From Candidatus Onthomorpha sp. (GTDB lineage: Bacteria > Bacteroidota > Bacteroidia > Bacteroidales > P3), in NCBI GenBank assembly GCA_045614605.1, contig JAZLDH010000018.1, positions 67,258 to 131,257 of the forward strand: 64,000 bases of DNA, given 5' to 3'. Shown piece by piece: positions 10,101 through 19,185 of the stretch (position 1 is its first letter; every line of letters begins with the position of its first letter). The notes beneath the pieces are model-generated. The model worked only from the letters and a program-made list of their open reading frames with translations, had not been told where the DNA came from and ran no database searches. Position numbers and translations under genes: made by a program.

Positions 10101-10213
10101 GGAAAAAAAAGTCTAAGAAAAAATTTAAAAAAGCTAAGAAAAAAATTAAAAAAGCTAAGAAAAAATAAAATAATCCTAAGGAAAAATTTAATAAACCTTA
10201 GGATTATTTTTAT
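10101..10213. repeat. Tandem repeat of about 21 bp (AAAAAAG[C/T]TAAGAAAAAATT) ending in a CCTAAGG hairpin; likely bidirectional terminator region
   Basis: The units GTCTAAGAAAAAATTTAAAAAA, GCTAAGAAAAAAATTAAAAAA, GCTAAGAAAAAATAAAATAAT and CCTAAGGAAAAATTTAATAAACCTTAGG lie between convergent trmD and etfA. Confidence 0.7.
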
Positions 10214-10228
10214 AATATTGGCAAATAA

Positions 10229-11230
10229 TTATTTAACTATTTGTTTTAATTTTTCAGTTAAGATAGGTATGATTTTCTTTGCATCACCTACGATTCCTAA
10301 ATCAGCAACTGACATGATAGGAGCGTATTTATCTTTGTTGATTGCAATGATTAATTCACTTTCTTCCATACCTGCAAGGTGTTGAATCGCACCTGAAATA
10401 CCGCAAGCTAAGTAAAGGTCTGGTCTTACAGTCTTTCCTGTTTGTCCAACTTGTCTTTCGTGTCCGATTATTCCAGCATCAACACAAGCTCTTGAAGAAG
10501 AAACTTCACCTTTCAATGTTTTAGCTAATTCACCCAACATTTCAAAGCCTTCTTTTGTGCCAACGCCACGACCACCTGAGATAAGAATTTTAGCTTCTGA
10601 AATATCCACCATATTATCTGTGCTTTTAACAGTTTCCAACACTTTAACGCGGAATTTTTCTCTGTCAAAATTGATAGTATAGTCAATAATTTCTCCTTTT
10701 CTGTTTGCGTCTGCTTCCATCGCTTTCATAACTCCTGGACGTACAGTACTCATTTGAGGACGGTGATCAGGACAAACGATTGTTGCCATAAGGTTTCCAC
10801 CAAACGCAGGACGAGTTGACCAAAGTTCTTTATCTTCTGCGATTTCAAGTTTAGTACAATCGGCTGTTAAACCTGTTGTAACTCTCGCTGAAAGACGAGG
10901 ACCTAAATCTCTACCTATAGTTGTAGCTCCTATAAGCACGATTGAAGGTTTTTCATCGCAGATTATTTGATATATTGCTTGTGTGTAAGGTTCTGTTGTG
11001 TAAGTTGCAAGAGCAGGGTCATCAACAACTAATACTTTATCAGCACCATGTGCAATCAAATCGTTAGCAAGAGGTTTTACATTGTGTCCTAACAAGATTG
11101 CGTACACTTCTTGTTCTAAATCTTTTGCTAAATCGTGAGCCTTACCCAACAATTCTAATGCAACGTTTTGCAATTTGCCTTCTCTTTGTTCGCAGAAAAC
11201 AAATACGTTTTTATATTGTGATTTATCCAT
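10229..11230 (-). CDS. etfA: Electron transfer flavoprotein subunit alpha
   Basis: 333 aa, with the C-terminal FAD-binding region LYLACGISGAIQHLAGM. Adjacent to etfB and an acyl-CoA dehydrogenase gene. Confidence 0.92.
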   Translation of the reverse strand: MDKSQYKNVFVFCEQREGKLQNVALELLGKAHDLAKDLEQEVYAILLGHNVKPLANDLIAHGADKVLVVDDPALATYTTEPYTQAIYQIICDEKPSIVLIGATTIGRDLGPRLSARVTTGLTADCTKLEIAEDKELWSTRPAFGGNLMATIVCPDHRPQMSTVRPGVMKAMEADANRKGEIIDYTINFDREKFRVKVLETVKSTDNMVDISEAKILISGGRGVGTKEGFEMLGELAKTLKGEVSSSRACVDAGIIGHERQVGQTGKTVRPDLYLACGISGAIQHLAGMEESELIIAINKDKYAPIMSVADLGIVGDAKKIIPILTEKLKQIVK

Positions 11231-11250
11231 TGTGTTTTTCGTTTAATTTG

Positions 11251-12036
11251 TTAGATAATGTATTTTTCTTTTAACTTAGAAATGATTAAGTCTGCTGCTT
11301 CTTCTGGTGATAAACCATCATGAACTTGACCTGCTGCTTTCATTTCTTTTGCTCCTGCTTTTTTAACTTTTGTTGGAGAGCCTTTTAAACCAAGTTTTTC
11401 TTCGTTTACGTCAATTTTTTCTTCTGTCCAAATTTCTACTTCTTTATCCCAAGCCTCAACAATGCCCTTAACGCTCATATAACGTGGCTTAACAGCAGAA
11501 GCAAGACAAGTTAAAAGACAAGGACTTTCCACTTCAACGATTTGATAACCGTCTTCTAATTGTTTCTTTATTTGGAAAGTTTTTTTGCCATCAAACTTTA
11601 AGTCTTCTAAGTAACTAACTTGTGGAATGCCTAAGTGTTCTGCAATTTGCGGACCTACTTGTGCAGTATCTCCGTCTATGGCTTGACGACCTGCAAGAAT
11701 TAAATCGTAATCTAAAACTCTTAAAGCTCCAGCCAAAGCATTAGAAGTTGCCAATGTGTCTGCACCTGCAAACTTACGGCTTGTTAAAAGAATTGCACGG
11801 TCAGCACCCATAGCAAATGCTTCTCTTAAAACAGCCTCTGCTTGTGGAGGTCCCATAGTTATAACAGTTACTTCTGCACCGTATTCTTCTTTTAATTGAA
11901 GCGCATATTCCAATCCGCCTTTATCATCTGGGTTGATAATAGATGGAATACCGTCTCTGATAAGAGTTCCTGTCTTTGGGTCAAGTTTTACCTCAGTTGT
12001 ATCAGGAACTTGCTTTATACAAACTACTATTTTCAT
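11251..12036 (-). CDS. etfB: Electron transfer flavoprotein subunit beta
   Basis: MKIVVCIKQVPDT... is the canonical EtfB N-terminus. 261 aa. Confidence 0.92.
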   Translation of the reverse strand: MKIVVCIKQVPDTTEVKLDPKTGTLIRDGIPSIINPDDKGGLEYALQLKEEYGAEVTVITMGPPQAEAVLREAFAMGADRAILLTSRKFAGADTLATSNALAGALRVLDYDLILAGRQAIDGDTAQVGPQIAEHLGIPQVSYLEDLKFDGKKTFQIKKQLEDGYQIVEVESPCLLTCLASAVKPRYMSVKGIVEAWDKEVEIWTEEKIDVNEEKLGLKGSPTKVKKAGAKEMKAAGQVHDGLSPEEAADLIISKLKEKYII

Positions 12037-12070
12037 TGTTATCTTATTTTCTTATTATACTATATTAAAA

Positions 12071-13210
12071 TTATTTCAACAAAGCAGCAGCGATTACCAT
12101 ACGTTGAACTTCGCTTGTTCCTTCGTAGATTTCTGTAATCTTAGCATCTCTCATCATTCTTTCAACAGGATATTCTCTTGTGTAGCCATATCCACCGTGA
12201 AGTTGAACTGCCTTTGTTGTTACTTCCATTGCTGTTTGTGCTGCAAACAATTTAGCCATTGCAGCATCTTTTGAATATGGTAAACCATTGTCTTTTCTAT
12301 ACGCAGCGCTTCTTACTAAAAATCTTGCAGCGTTTACGTTAGTTTCCATTTCAGCTAATTGGAATTGTGTATTTTGGAATTGAGCGATTGCTCTACCAAA
12401 TTGTTTTCTTTCCTTAGTATATTTTACAGTTTCGTCCATTGCACCTTGTGCGATACCTAAAGCTTGAGATGCGATACCGATACGACCTCCGTCAAGCGTT
12501 TTCATAGCAATTCCGAAGCCTTTTCCTACTTTTCCAAGTAAGTTTTCTTTTGGTATGCGGCAGTTTTCAAATATCAACTCGCAAGTTGCAGAACCTCTAA
12601 TACCAAGTTTCTTTTCTTTCTTACCGATAGAGAAACCAGGAGTACCTTTTTCAACTATGAAAGCTGAGATTCCTTTGTTTCCAAGACTCTTATCAGTCAT
12701 TGCAAACACGATATAAACGTGAGCATAACCAGCATTAGTGATGAAAATCTTGCTTCCGTTCAATACGTAAGCGTCATCTTCTTCAATAGCTGTTGTTTGT
12801 TGCATAGCAGCGTCAGTACCTGCGTTAGGCTCTGTAAGACCGAAAGCACCAATCCATTCACCGCTTGCAAGTTTTGGAAGATATTTTTGTTTTTGTTCCT
12901 CAGTTCCGTTTTCCATAATAGGAGCTATACACAAAGATGTGTGAGCCGAAACAACAACTCCTGTAGTAGCACAAACTCTTGAAAGTTCTTCTACTGCCAT
13001 TGTGTACATTTGGTTTGTTCCACCTTGTCCGCCATATTCTTTTGGCACAGGAATACCCATTAAACCTATCTTTCCCATTTTTACAACAGTTTCTTCAGGG
13101 AAGCGTTCAAGGTCATCAATCTCTGCTGCCAAAGGCTTAACTTCGTTTTCTGCAAAATCCTTAATCATTTGCAAGAATAACTCTTCTTGTTTAGTTAAAC
13201 TAAAATCCAT
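12071..13210 (-). CDS. bcd: Short-chain (butyryl-CoA type) acyl-CoA dehydrogenase
   Basis: 379 aa. GAFGLTEPNAGTDA and QLHGGYGYTREYPVERMMRDAKITEIYEGTSEVQ are ACAD signatures. Forms an operon with etfBA. Confidence 0.9.
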   Translation of the reverse strand: MDFSLTKQEELFLQMIKDFAENEVKPLAAEIDDLERFPEETVVKMGKIGLMGIPVPKEYGGQGGTNQMYTMAVEELSRVCATTGVVVSAHTSLCIAPIMENGTEEQKQKYLPKLASGEWIGAFGLTEPNAGTDAAMQQTTAIEEDDAYVLNGSKIFITNAGYAHVYIVFAMTDKSLGNKGISAFIVEKGTPGFSIGKKEKKLGIRGSATCELIFENCRIPKENLLGKVGKGFGIAMKTLDGGRIGIASQALGIAQGAMDETVKYTKERKQFGRAIAQFQNTQFQLAEMETNVNAARFLVRSAAYRKDNGLPYSKDAAMAKLFAAQTAMEVTTKAVQLHGGYGYTREYPVERMMRDAKITEIYEGTSEVQRMVIAAALLK

Positions 13211-13355
13211 ATCTTGTCAATGTGTTTATTATTTTACAAAATTTTGTTCTACTTCTTTTCAAAACTGCAAATATACAAAAAATAAATCAATTCGCAAGAC
13301 AAGTTTACTTAATTCTCTCTTTCAAGTGGCGAAATATATACTTTTTTTTCCGCCA

Positions 13356-13700
13356 CTTAACGCCCAAATACTCGCAAAATTTCAAACTCTTAATTTCTGA
13401 TTTGTTTTTTTTGATTTATTTGCCCTTAATTAAAATTCACAAAATCAAAGTCTTAAAGAAATAAGAGCCGATTTTGATGAAATAAACCTAAGAAAACGCC
13501 GTGTTTTTGCTTAGATTTAGAGAAATATTTTCAAAGAAAAATTCTACGTTTATCGTAAAAAAAATAATTTTTCCTAAGCAAAAAATTTTTTTCTTCCGAG
13601 AATATTTTTGTTAAGGTGCGATTTTGCTAAAATTTCACTCGATTTTTGCTCAATTTTTTGAGAAAAATTTCAAACCAAGATTTGTAAAAATTTCTTTGTG
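13356..13700. repeat. Dispersed non-coding repeat, copy R1 (collinear with 30872-31250)
   Basis: Collinear blocks at equal offsets: CTTAACGCCCAAATAC...TTTCTGATT (13356), CACAAAATCAAAGTCTTAA (13438), CGTGTTTTTGCTTAGATTTAGAGAAATA (13499), then CTAAG/CCGAG A/T-run words. Confidence 0.65.
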
Positions 13701-13720
13701 CTTTTGAATAAAAAATTTAT

Positions 13721-14341
13721 CTAATAAACAAGATTTAATTCCTTTTGTAATAGTTCAAGAAATCTCGCACCATCACCTCCGTCCATTTGAACGTGATGAA
13801 ATTGAAAAGAGATTGGAAGAAGGGTTTTAAAGAAATGTTTACGATATTTACCCCACATAAGCATAGGATTTGTGAATTTATCGGTGTATTGATTTACTAT
13901 GGAGTCGATTTCTGTTTGAATCATAGCAGAAGTCCCGATAATCATATAATCTTCTAAGAAACTACTTTTGTTTTCCTTTATAGAAAGAGTTGTTAAGTGC
14001 GAGTAGTCTTTTAGAAATTGCTCTAAATCTTCACTCCAAGCAATATCACAAGAATTTATTCCTCCTTTTTGATTGTTTACGATTACATTTATCGCAAGTT
14101 TATCATATTTGTATAGTTTTTCTTTTTCAACAAGTAGATAAAACTCTTTAATTTGGCTTGCAGTTTTCCCTATACACCAACACAATAGTGCGTTAAAACT
14201 AATTTTATGTTTCTTGCTTGCTTTTAAAATCTTTGTAACATCAAAAGTCTTTGTTAGAGTTACCATCGGCATTGGCGAGGTAAGCCAAAGGTTAAAGGCT
14301 TCTGCACGAGAGGTGTCTTGTGGATTGATTTGTGTTTTCAT
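13721..14341 (-). CDS. Chloramphenicol-acetyltransferase-like (CAT family) acyltransferase
   Basis: 206 aa. The C-terminal FQFHHVQMDGGDGARFL corresponds to the CAT catalytic-His motif (HHAVCDG). Confidence 0.7.
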   Translation of the reverse strand: MKTQINPQDTSRAEAFNLWLTSPMPMVTLTKTFDVTKILKASKKHKISFNALLCWCIGKTASQIKEFYLLVEKEKLYKYDKLAINVIVNNQKGGINSCDIAWSEDLEQFLKDYSHLTTLSIKENKSSFLEDYMIIGTSAMIQTEIDSIVNQYTDKFTNPMLMWGKYRKHFFKTLLPISFQFHHVQMDGGDGARFLELLQKELNLVY

Positions 14342-14355
14342 AATTTATATAAGTG

Positions 14356-15108
14356 TTATTGTATAATCTTTATCCAATTATCAACAATATCTACTTTTAT
14401 TCCAAAATGTTTTGAGATATTTTCTTGTGTAAGGACTTGTTTGCTTTGACCGAAGGCAACCAAATCGCCTTTGTTAAGAAGAATTACTTCATCGCAATAT
14501 TTCAATGCAAGGTTAAGGTCGTGAAGTATTATAAGTATTGTTGTGTTTGTATCTTTGTTGATTTTTTTTAGTAGGTTCATTATCTCGAATTGATGTCTTA
14601 TGTCAAGGGCTGACACAGGCTCATCAAGCATTAACACAGGGGTTTGTTGCGAAAGGGCTCTTGCTATTATTAGTCTTTGAAATTCTCCTCCGCTTAGGTT
14701 TTGTGCATTCATATCTCTTAGGTGCCAAGTGTTTGTTAATAGCATCGATTCTTTTACTATCGCTAAGTCTTCTTCGCTATCGGAATATAGTGGTTTTTGG
14801 TAAGGAATCCTTCCCATGAGTGCGAGTTGCAAAGCTGAGAAATCAAACATTAGGTTTGTTTGTTGAGGCACTAATGCTATGGTTTGTGCGAGTTGTTTTG
14901 AGCTGTATTGATTTATGTCTTTTCCATCTAAGAAAATGGTTGAGTTTTTTACGGGATTGATTCTTGAAAGTGCCTTTAAAAGAGTACTTTTGCCCGAACC
15001 ATTTGTTCCAAGTATGCCATAAATCTTGCCTTTCTCTATTTGGAAACTAATATTGTTTAGGATTTGTTTTTTTCCTATGGTGTAGGTTAGATTTTTTACT
15101 TGAATCAT
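14356..15108 (-). CDS. ABC transporter ATP-binding protein (iron-siderophore/heme/B12 FecE-BtuD type)
   Basis: Walker A GTNGSGKST, signature LSGGEFQR, Walker B LMLDEP. Overlaps the permease gene by 4 nt. Confidence 0.88.
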   Translation of the reverse strand: MIQVKNLTYTIGKKQILNNISFQIEKGKIYGILGTNGSGKSTLLKALSRINPVKNSTIFLDGKDINQYSSKQLAQTIALVPQQTNLMFDFSALQLALMGRIPYQKPLYSDSEEDLAIVKESMLLTNTWHLRDMNAQNLSGGEFQRLIIARALSQQTPVLMLDEPVSALDIRHQFEIMNLLKKINKDTNTTILIILHDLNLALKYCDEVILLNKGDLVAFGQSKQVLTQENISKHFGIKVDIVDNWIKIIQ

Positions 15109-16127
15109 TGCTTTAAACGTTTTTTTGCGTTGAACAATAAGTAGATAAAAAATGGTGAGCCTATCAGTGCGGTTATGCTTCCAACGGGAATTTCTGCTGG
15201 TGGAATGAGTGTGCGTGAGATTATGTCGGAAGAAAGCATAAATATTATACCTCCAAGTATTGAAAAGGGAATCATGCGTCTGTTGTCTGAGCCTATGATT
15301 AGTCTTACTATGTGTGGGACTACTAAGCCTATGAATCCTATTACTCCGCTTTCGCTTACAATTAAGGCTACCATAAGGGTGCAGATTAAAAGTATGATTC
15401 TTTTTGTGCGTTCAACGTTTACTCCAAGGGATTTGGCTGTTTGTGTGTCTATTAGCAAGGCGTTTAAAGCTCTTGCATTGTATGTGATACATAAAATGCC
15501 AATTACAACTGCTATGCTTACGCCAATGAGTGAGTGGTAGCTGATATTTGAAAGCGAGCCCATAGTCCAAAAGACTATTTTTTCAATTTGCTCTTGGTTT
15601 AGCGTCATAAGAAGTGAGATAAAGGCTGAGGCAAGAAAATTTATTGAGATTCCTGCAAGTAAAAGGGTGGTTGTGTGAATGCGATTGCCGTAAGAGGCTA
15701 TTTTTATGATGATAAAAATGCTTAAAAAGGCAAAAATAAAACTCATTCCGCTGATTCCTAAAAATATATTCTCAAGTCCAAGTACTATTGCAAGGGTTGC
15801 TCCAAGCGATGCTCCTGAGCTGACTCCTAATATATAGGGGTCGCTTAGGGGATTGCGAAAAATGGATTGGAAAGCCAAGCCACAAACTGACAATCCTGCT
15901 CCTGCAAGAGTGGCAAATAAGGTTCTTGGTATTCTGATGTTAAAGATAATGTAGCGAACACCTTGATTGATTTGCTCGGCGTCTGTTGTGAAAAAAGGAG
16001 AGAGGAGAACTTTTATGGAATCACTAACACTTATACTTCCGCTTCCGACTATGCAACTAATAAACATTAGTATTAAGCATAGAAGTGCAAGAAGTATAAG
16101 TGTGAGATGAGTTTTTTTTTCTTTCAC
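15105..16127 (-). CDS. FecCD/BtuC-family ABC transporter permease
   Basis: 340 aa, about 9-10 TM segments. RIPRTLFATLAGAGLSVCGLAFQSIFRNPL is the family signature. Confidence 0.88.
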   Translation of the reverse strand: MKEKKTHLTLILLALLCLILMFISCIVGSGSISVSDSIKVLLSPFFTTDAEQINQGVRYIIFNIRIPRTLFATLAGAGLSVCGLAFQSIFRNPLSDPYILGVSSGASLGATLAIVLGLENIFLGISGMSFIFAFLSIFIIIKIASYGNRIHTTTLLLAGISINFLASAFISLLMTLNQEQIEKIVFWTMGSLSNISYHSLIGVSIAVVIGILCITYNARALNALLIDTQTAKSLGVNVERTKRIILLICTLMVALIVSESGVIGFIGLVVPHIVRLIIGSDNRRMIPFSILGGIIFMLSSDIISRTLIPPAEIPVGSITALIGSPFFIYLLFNAKKRLKQ

Positions 16128-17834
16128 TTATTGATTAGTGTTGTTTGTTAGTTCGTTTGCTTTGTCAAGTGCTTTAGATATGTGGTCAAAGATAAATTCT
16201 TTTCCAAGATAATCGGCAAATCCACTCTTATCTAACACTTTGTAAACTTCTTCTGTTACACCTGAAAGAATAATTTGTATCTTTTCGCTCTTGCTCTTAT
16301 CACATAGACTTCTAAGGTTCTTTAATCCTGTTGAGTCTATGAAAGGTACTTTACGCATTCTGATAATTCTAACGGTAGGTTTATTCTTCTTGGTGCGATT
16401 TCCTACTTCGTCAAATTTGTTTGCAACTCCAAAGAAGAAAGGTCCGTCAATTTCGTAGATTTGTACTTGTTTGTTTACTTTTTCATAAACGCTGTCTGAT
16501 TCAGAATCTTCTGTTCTTTGTAGTTCGTCTTCAATTACTTTGATAGATGATGTTTCCATTACACGTTTTATGAATAATACGAAGGCAATCAATAGACCTA
16601 TTTCAATAGCTATTGTAAGGTCAAAGATAACTGTTAGGAAGAATGTTGTAAGAAGCACAACGACGTCGCTTTTTGGGTTTTTGAATATTGCTTTGAACGA
16701 ACGCCATTCACTCATGTTATAGGCTACGACTACTAAAATACCTGCTAAGCATGCGAAAGGTATGTTTGCTGCAAGTGGCATTAAGAATAAGTAAATCAAA
16801 AGTAAGAATAAAGCGTGAATTATACCTGCAACCGGTGTGCGTCCTCCGTTGTTGATGTTCGCCATTGTACGTGCGATTGCTCCTGTTGCTGGAATACCTC
16901 CAAATAATGGAGAAACAAAGTTTGCAATTCCTTGTCCGATAAGTTCTGTGTTAGAATGGTGTTTTTTTCCTGTTGCACCATCTGCTACCATTGCGGAAAG
17001 TAAACTTTCAATTGCACAAAGGATTGCAATAGTAAATGCAGGTGAAATCAATCCCTTTATGCTTTCTATTGTTATTGCTGGAACTTCTGGTTGTGGCAAC
17101 GCAGCTCCTCCGCTTAATTCTGGATAAACACTTCCTATTGTTGGGATTATTATTCCGTAGTTTTTAAGTATGATTGTTGCTATTGTACATACTATAATTG
17201 CAATTAAAGAACCTGGTATTACTTTTGTAACTTTGCTCCATAGGAATGAGATTGCAACAGTAAATACTGCCATTATTGTTACGATTGGATTGATTGTGTC
17301 AAAGTTTTGAAAGTAACAAATCCATTTTTCTATGAAATTGGCTGGTACTTCGCCTGCTATTGTCAATCCAAAGAAGTCTTTTATTTGTGTTGAAAAGATT
17401 GTGAGTGCAATACCTGAGGTAAATCCTACTATAATAGGATAAGGCATAAACTTAATTATATCTCCAAATTTCAAAACACCCATTAAAATAAGTAAAACCC
17501 CTGCAATACAAGTTGCAATGGCTAATCCGCTCGCTCCATATTCTGCTATAATTCCTGCAATGATTACAATAAATGCTCCTGTTGGCCCTCCAATTTGTAC
17601 GTGTGAGCCTCCGAATATAGAGATTAAAGCTCCTGCAATAATAGCTGTTATTAATCCTTGTTGAGGACTTACTCCTGATGCAATACCAAAAGCAATAGCC
17701 AATGGGATTGCAACAACTCCAACTATTATACCTGCTGTTAAATCTTTAATAAATAGTTCTTTTGAGTAGTTTCTCATTTTTATCATCTCAAAGAACTTAG
17801 GTCTGAAAATTTCATCTAAGTTAATTTTTTTCAT
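16128..17834 (-). CDS. SulP family anion (sulfate/bicarbonate) transporter with C-terminal STAS domain
   Basis: 568 aa, polytopic N-terminus. The C-terminal STAS-like region reads IRMRKVPFIDSTGLKNL. Confidence 0.88.
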   Translation of the reverse strand: MKKINLDEIFRPKFFEMIKMRNYSKELFIKDLTAGIIVGVVAIPLAIAFGIASGVSPQQGLITAIIAGALISIFGGSHVQIGGPTGAFIVIIAGIIAEYGASGLAIATCIAGVLLILMGVLKFGDIIKFMPYPIIVGFTSGIALTIFSTQIKDFFGLTIAGEVPANFIEKWICYFQNFDTINPIVTIMAVFTVAISFLWSKVTKVIPGSLIAIIVCTIATIILKNYGIIIPTIGSVYPELSGGAALPQPEVPAITIESIKGLISPAFTIAILCAIESLLSAMVADGATGKKHHSNTELIGQGIANFVSPLFGGIPATGAIARTMANINNGGRTPVAGIIHALFLLLIYLFLMPLAANIPFACLAGILVVVAYNMSEWRSFKAIFKNPKSDVVVLLTTFFLTVIFDLTIAIEIGLLIAFVLFIKRVMETSSIKVIEDELQRTEDSESDSVYEKVNKQVQIYEIDGPFFFGVANKFDEVGNRTKKNKPTVRIIRMRKVPFIDSTGLKNLRSLCDKSKSEKIQIILSGVTEEVYKVLDKSGFADYLGKEFIFDHISKALDKANELTNNTNQ

Positions 17835-17856
17835 TTATGTATTTGTTTTTATTTTC

Positions 17857-19071
17857 TTATAAACTACAAAATCCTTTTCCTACAACGGCTAATCCTCCTT
17901 CGGCTGTTTCTTTGTAAAGTGAAGGAAGGTCTTTGCCGGTTTGCTTCATTGTTTCTACAACTTTATCAAATGAAATGATATGTTTGCCATCTGACATCAT
18001 GGCATAAAGGTTGGCATCTAAGGCTCTTAATGCTGCAAAGGCATTTCTTTCAATGCAAGGAACTTGTACAAGACCGCATACAGGGTCACATGTTAATCCT
18101 AAGTGATGTTCAAGTCCTATTTCTGCAGCGTATTCGATTTGTTGTGGTGTTCCGCCAAAAAGTTGGTTCGCTGCTGCGGCTGCCATTGAGCATGCAGAGC
18201 CTACTTCTCCTTGACAGCCAACTTCTGCTCCTGAGATTGAGGCATTGTATTTTATTACATTACCTATCAACCCTGCTGTCGCAAGTGAGCGTATGATTTG
18301 TTTTTCTGTAAATTCGTGTTCTGTATTTAGGTGATATAAAACGGCTGGAACTACTCCGCAAGAGCCACAAGTTGGTGCGGTTACTATCTTTCCGCCTGAT
18401 GCGTTTTGCTCCGAAACTGCCAAAGCATAGGCTTGTACTAAGCATCTGCCTTTTAAAGATGGCTTATAGCTTCTTGCTTTTGTGTAATATGACATTGCTT
18501 TTCTTCTTAAACGCAATCCTCCGGGTAATACGCCTTCTTCGTTTAGTCCGTCTTCAACAGATTTTTTCATTACTTGCATTACTTCCGATAAGTAATCCCA
18601 AATGTCGCTGTTTTCAAACTCTTGAACATATTCCCAAAAGGTTAATCCGCGTTCATCTATATATTGTAGTATTTCTGTTAAGTTATGATGTGGGTAAACT
18701 TCGGTTATTTCTAATCCTAACTTGGAATCTTCTTCTATTATTTTACCCCCTCCAATGCTATAAAAGGTTTGTTCGTTTAAGAGTTTGTTTTCTTCGTCAA
18801 AGGCTTGAAATAACATTGCGTTTGGATGAAGGTCTAAAAATATATCGCCTTTCCAATGTATTTTTGTGCGTTCTTGTCCTAATACTTCTAAGATTGCTTT
18901 GTCGGTTAAGTGTCCTTTGCCTGTTGCTGCTAAGGAACCGTAAAGTGTTATTTCAAAATGTTTTGCGTTTATATTCTTTTGTAAAAATATTTCAGAAGCT
19001 CGGCGTGGTGCCATCGTGTGAGAACTTGACGGTCCATAACCTATTCTGAAAATTTCTCTTATACTTTCCAT
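17857..19071 (-). CDS. sdaA: L-serine ammonia-lyase (iron-sulfur dependent, single-chain form)
   Basis: 404 aa. GPSSSHT, TAPTCGSCGVVPAVL and CDPVCGLVQVPCIERNA are the Fe-S L-serine dehydratase motifs. Confidence 0.92.
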   Translation of the reverse strand: MESIREIFRIGYGPSSSHTMAPRRASEIFLQKNINAKHFEITLYGSLAATGKGHLTDKAILEVLGQERTKIHWKGDIFLDLHPNAMLFQAFDEENKLLNEQTFYSIGGGKIIEEDSKLGLEITEVYPHHNLTEILQYIDERGLTFWEYVQEFENSDIWDYLSEVMQVMKKSVEDGLNEEGVLPGGLRLRRKAMSYYTKARSYKPSLKGRCLVQAYALAVSEQNASGGKIVTAPTCGSCGVVPAVLYHLNTEHEFTEKQIIRSLATAGLIGNVIKYNASISGAEVGCQGEVGSACSMAAAAANQLFGGTPQQIEYAAEIGLEHHLGLTCDPVCGLVQVPCIERNAFAALRALDANLYAMMSDGKHIISFDKVVETMKQTGKDLPSLYKETAEGGLAVVGKGFCSL

Positions 19072-19185
19072 TTATTCTTTTTAAATTTTTCTGCAAAATT
19101 ACATATTTTCTTAGGTTTATCAAGATAAGAGATAAATATTTCGTATCTTTGCACGTTTTAATAACCGATTTAATACAATAGAATT

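Noticed and set aside
10101-10213. The tandem repeats as a CRISPR array.
   Set aside because: The units are about 21 bp, directly abutting with no unique spacers. They are very A-rich and no cas genes are present.
13002-13464. ORFs of 132 and 80 aa spanning the bcd 5' end and the upstream spacer.
   Set aside because: One overlaps bcd antisense and the other lies in the repeat-rich spacer. Both are low complexity, with no homolog-like motifs and no promoter context.
18372-19049. 225-aa ORF on the plus strand.
   Set aside because: It is antisense to sdaA. It is leucine/arginine-rich shadow-frame sequence with no motifs.
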